DNA from: Longivirga aurantiaca
Lineage (GTDB): Bacteria > Actinomycetota > Actinomycetes > S36-B12 > CAIYMF01
NCBI RefSeq assembly: GCF_042660085.1
Contig: NZ_JBHSTI010000008.1
Location: 960,001-992,000, forward strand
Direction: 5' to 3'
Length of the DNA stretch: 32,000 nucleotides
Of the stretch, positions 29,555 through 32,000 are shown piece after piece. The position numbers were made by a program, and so were the translations under genes. Below the pieces are notes generated by a model, which saw only the letters and a program-made list of their open reading frames with translations, had not been told where the DNA came from and made no database searches. Each line of letters starts with the position of its first letter. The first letter of the stretch is position 1.

Positions 29555-30697
29555 GTGCGTGTGGTGGTGGTCGGAGCCGGTGCCTGGGGCCTCCCTGCCG
29601 CCGCCGAGCTCGCGCGCCGCGGCCACCAGGTCGTGCTCCTCGACCGCCACGGCGCCGCCGGTCAGCTGGGGTCGTCGTCCGGGCCGACCCGGCTGTGGCG
29701 GCTCTCGCACCCCGACCGGCTGCGCGTGCGGCTGGCGCAGCGCTCGGTGCAGGCCTGGGAGCGGCTCGAGCAGGACAGCGGCATCACCGCCATCCTGCGG
29801 CGCGGCCTGCTCTGGCGCGACGACGTCAGCGTGCCGCTGGTCGCGGACGCGCTCGCCGCCGAGGGCGTGCCGCACACCGTCGTGGAGCCCGGCGACGTCG
29901 CCTCGTTCTTCCCCGGCCTGCGCGCCGACGGACGGCACGCCGTGTGGCAGGAGACCGCCGGGCCCGTGCTGGCCCGTGCCGCGCTCGACGCCCAGGCAGG
30001 CCTGTTCGCGATGGCGGGCGGCCGCATCGTCGTGGGCCCGGTGGTCCGCGAGGTCGACACCTCGGGCGACGACGTCGTGCTGCGGTACGCCGACCACCGC
30101 GAGATCCGCGCCGACCGCGTCGTGCTGGCGCCGGGCGCTGGCGCCGGACGCCTCCTGGAGGCGCTCGGCATCGACGTCGCGATGAGCCCCGTCCTCGAGC
30201 AGGTGTGCCACGTCGGTCACCCCGGGGCCACCGACGACCTCCCGTGCCTGTACGACGGCCCGCTCGGGGACGAGCCGGGCATGTACGCCATGCCGACGCC
30301 CGGACGCGGCTACAAGCTCGGCATCGACCAGCCGCTGCGCGCCTGGCGCGAGGACGACATCGACCGGGTGCCGAGCCCCGAGGTGTCGGCGCACATCTCC
30401 GAGCGCGTGCGCCGCAACTTCGCCGTCCTCGACCCCACGGTGCTCGACGCCCAGGTGTGCACCTGGACCGACTCGCCGGACGGCCGCTTCGTGATCGACG
30501 TCGTCCGCGACGGCCGCGTCGTGATCGCGTGCGGCGACTCGGGCGAGGGGTTCAAGTTCTCCGCGCTCATGGGCCTCGTGCTCGCCGACCTCGCCGAGGG
30601 CAGCGACGCCGATCAAGACGTCGCCGCGTTCTCGCTCGCCCGGTTCGCCGACGGGTCCGGCGCCGCGTCCCCCGACGGGCACGTGCTCGGCCGCTAG
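29555..30697 (+). CDS. FAD-dependent oxidoreductase (monomeric sarcosine oxidase / DAO-like)
   Basis: N-terminal Rossmann MRVVVVGAGAWGLPAAAELARRGHQVVLLDR; GSSSGPTRLWRLSH; C-terminal VIACGDSGEGFKFSALMGLVLADL. Confidence 0.9.
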   Translation: MRVVVVGAGAWGLPAAAELARRGHQVVLLDRHGAAGQLGSSSGPTRLWRLSHPDRLRVRLAQRSVQAWERLEQDSGITAILRRGLLWRDDVSVPLVADALAAEGVPHTVVEPGDVASFFPGLRADGRHAVWQETAGPVLARAALDAQAGLFAMAGGRIVVGPVVREVDTSGDDVVLRYADHREIRADRVVLAPGAGAGRLLEALGIDVAMSPVLEQVCHVGHPGATDDLPCLYDGPLGDEPGMYAMPTPGRGYKLGIDQPLRAWREDDIDRVPSPEVSAHISERVRRNFAVLDPTVLDAQVCTWTDSPDGRFVIDVVRDGRVVIACGDSGEGFKFSALMGLVLADLAEGSDADQDVAAFSLARFADGSGAASPDGHVLGR

Positions 30698-32000
30698 GCC
30701 GCGGGGCGCTCGACCGACTCGGCGATGCGCTCGGCCTGGACGAGCCGCAGGTCCGGGTCGAGGTCCCGCGCGTCGAGGTGCGGCGCCCCGGCGGACCCCG
30801 GCACGGCCGGGTCGTCGAGATGGCGCAGCACCGGCAGGAACGCCGTCGCCACGGACACGACGAGCAGCAGCGACGTCATGAGCAGGAAGACCGGCTGCGG
30901 CCCCCAGGCCTCGATCAGCGGCCCGGCCACCAGGTAGCCGAGCGGCCCGGCCGCGTACGCCGCTGAGCCCATGACGCCGACGACCCGGCCGCGCATGGCC
31001 TCTGGCGTGCGGTTCTGCATCGCGAGGTTGGTGATCGGGTTGATGGCGCCGAAGAAGATGCCTGTGAGCACGCTGAGGGCGAGCATCACGCCGTACGACG
31101 GCAGGAACGCCATGCCCAGCACGGGGATCGAGGTGAGGATCAGGCTCGCGACGAACGCGGGGCGACGGCGGAAGCGGTGCCCGAGCGCCGCATAGCCGAG
31201 CGCGCCGATCACGCCGCCGGTGCTCATCGCCGTGATGAGGAGGCCGAGCTTGGCGGGCTGGTCCATCTCGTTGAAGATGACCGGCAGGACGACACCCTCG
31301 ATCGGGAGCCAGACGCCGACGAGCAGCGAGGTCAGGATCGCCATGCTGCGCAGCACGCGGTCGCGCCAGAGGAACCGCAGCCCCTCGCGGGTCGAGGTCC
31401 AGAGGCCCTGCGGCCGGTGCGCCATCGCGGGTCGACCGCCGCCGGGCATGCGCGTGGTCGCCATCGCGAGGGCGCTGACGGCGAAGACGCCTGCGGTGAC
31501 CCAGAAGGTCGTCGTGGTGCCGATGAGGCCGATGAGGACGCCGCCGATGCCGGGGCCGAGGAGGTAGGCGAAGCCGTACGCGCTCTCGTGGATCCCGTTG
31601 GCCCGGGCCAGAGGGACGCGGGCCCGTCGGGCGGCCTCGGGCAGCATCGTCTCGCGCGCCGTGAGGCCGGCCGGGTCGAAGACGGCGCCGAGGGCCGCGA
31701 CCGCGAGCAGGACGCCGAAGTCGAGGCCCACCGTGACGGCGAGGATCGGGACGAGGGCGACGCTCGTGAGCGAGAGGAGGTCGGCCACCACCGAGACCGC
31801 TCGGCGGCCGACCATGTCGACGATCGTGCCGGCGAACAGCATCGACACGAGCAGCGGCAGCGCGGTGACGGCCGCGACGACGGCCGTGAGGCTCGCGTCG
31901 CCGGTGGTCTCGAGGACCAGCCACGGGAACGCGACCATCGAGATGCCGTTGGCGGTGCCGGACAGCACCGTGGTCGTCTCGAGGACGACGAACGGCCGCC
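30694..32000 (-). CDS. MFS transporter, 5' end beyond the window
   Basis: GISMVAFPWLVLETTGDASLTAVVAAVTALPLLVSMLFAGTIVDMVGRRAVSVVADLLSL; the frame appears to continue off the right edge. Confidence 0.88.
   Translation of the reverse strand, partial: RPFVVLETTTVLSGTANGISMVAFPWLVLETTGDASLTAVVAAVTALPLLVSMLFAGTIVDMVGRRAVSVVADLLSLTSVALVPILAVTVGLDFGVLLAVAALGAVFDPAGLTARETMLPEAARRARVPLARANGIHESAYGFAYLLGPGIGGVLIGLIGTTTTFWVTAGVFAVSALAMATTRMPGGGRPAMAHRPQGLWTSTREGLRFLWRDRVLRSMAILTSLLVGVWLPIEGVVLPVIFNEMDQPAKLGLLITAMSTGGVIGALGYAALGHRFRRRPAFVASLILTSIPVLGMAFLPSYGVMLALSVLTGIFFGAINPITNLAMQNRTPEAMRGRVVGVMGSAAYAAGPLGYLVAGPLIEAWGPQPVFLLMTSLLLVVSVATAFLPVLRHLDDPAVPGSAGAPHLDARDLDPDLRLVQAERIAESVERPAA

Overview
This is a 32 kb window of high-GC actinobacterial chromosome. 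It is dominated by a conserved translation and RNA-processing cluster on the + strand: proS, rimP, nusA, ylxR, infB, DUF503, rbfA, DHH phosphoesterase, truB, cupin, ribF, membrane protein, rpsO, pnp, M16 peptidase, dapB, enoyl-CoA hydratase. It is flanked by ordinary housekeeping and transporter genes (GNATs, two MFS transporters, HAD, TauE/SafE, YkgJ-like, DUF4439, lipoprotein, AzlC/AzlD, DUF2461, FAD oxidoreductase). I see no CRISPR array, tRNA, rRNA, transposase or classical defence island. The most unusual part is the first ~2.6 kb. It contains (i) a small GyrA/ParC-like protein whose catalytic Arg-Tyr has been replaced, (ii) a divergent 72-aa ORF with six histidines at exact heptad spacing, and (iii) a DUF559-type nuclease-fold gene bracketed by an imperfect ~67-bp inverted repeat pair. 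Secondary points are candidate RNA structures: a mutually exclusive hairpin set upstream of rpsO, two tandem hairpins plus a ~285-nt leader between rpsO and pnp, a perfect 16-bp palindrome across the 5' end of the M16 peptidase ORF, a hairpin directly upstream of the infB ribosome-binding site, and compact convergent gene junctions. None of this proves a new system. Coordinates of GTG starts are best guesses. All family assignments come from sequence motifs recognised by eye, with no database search.
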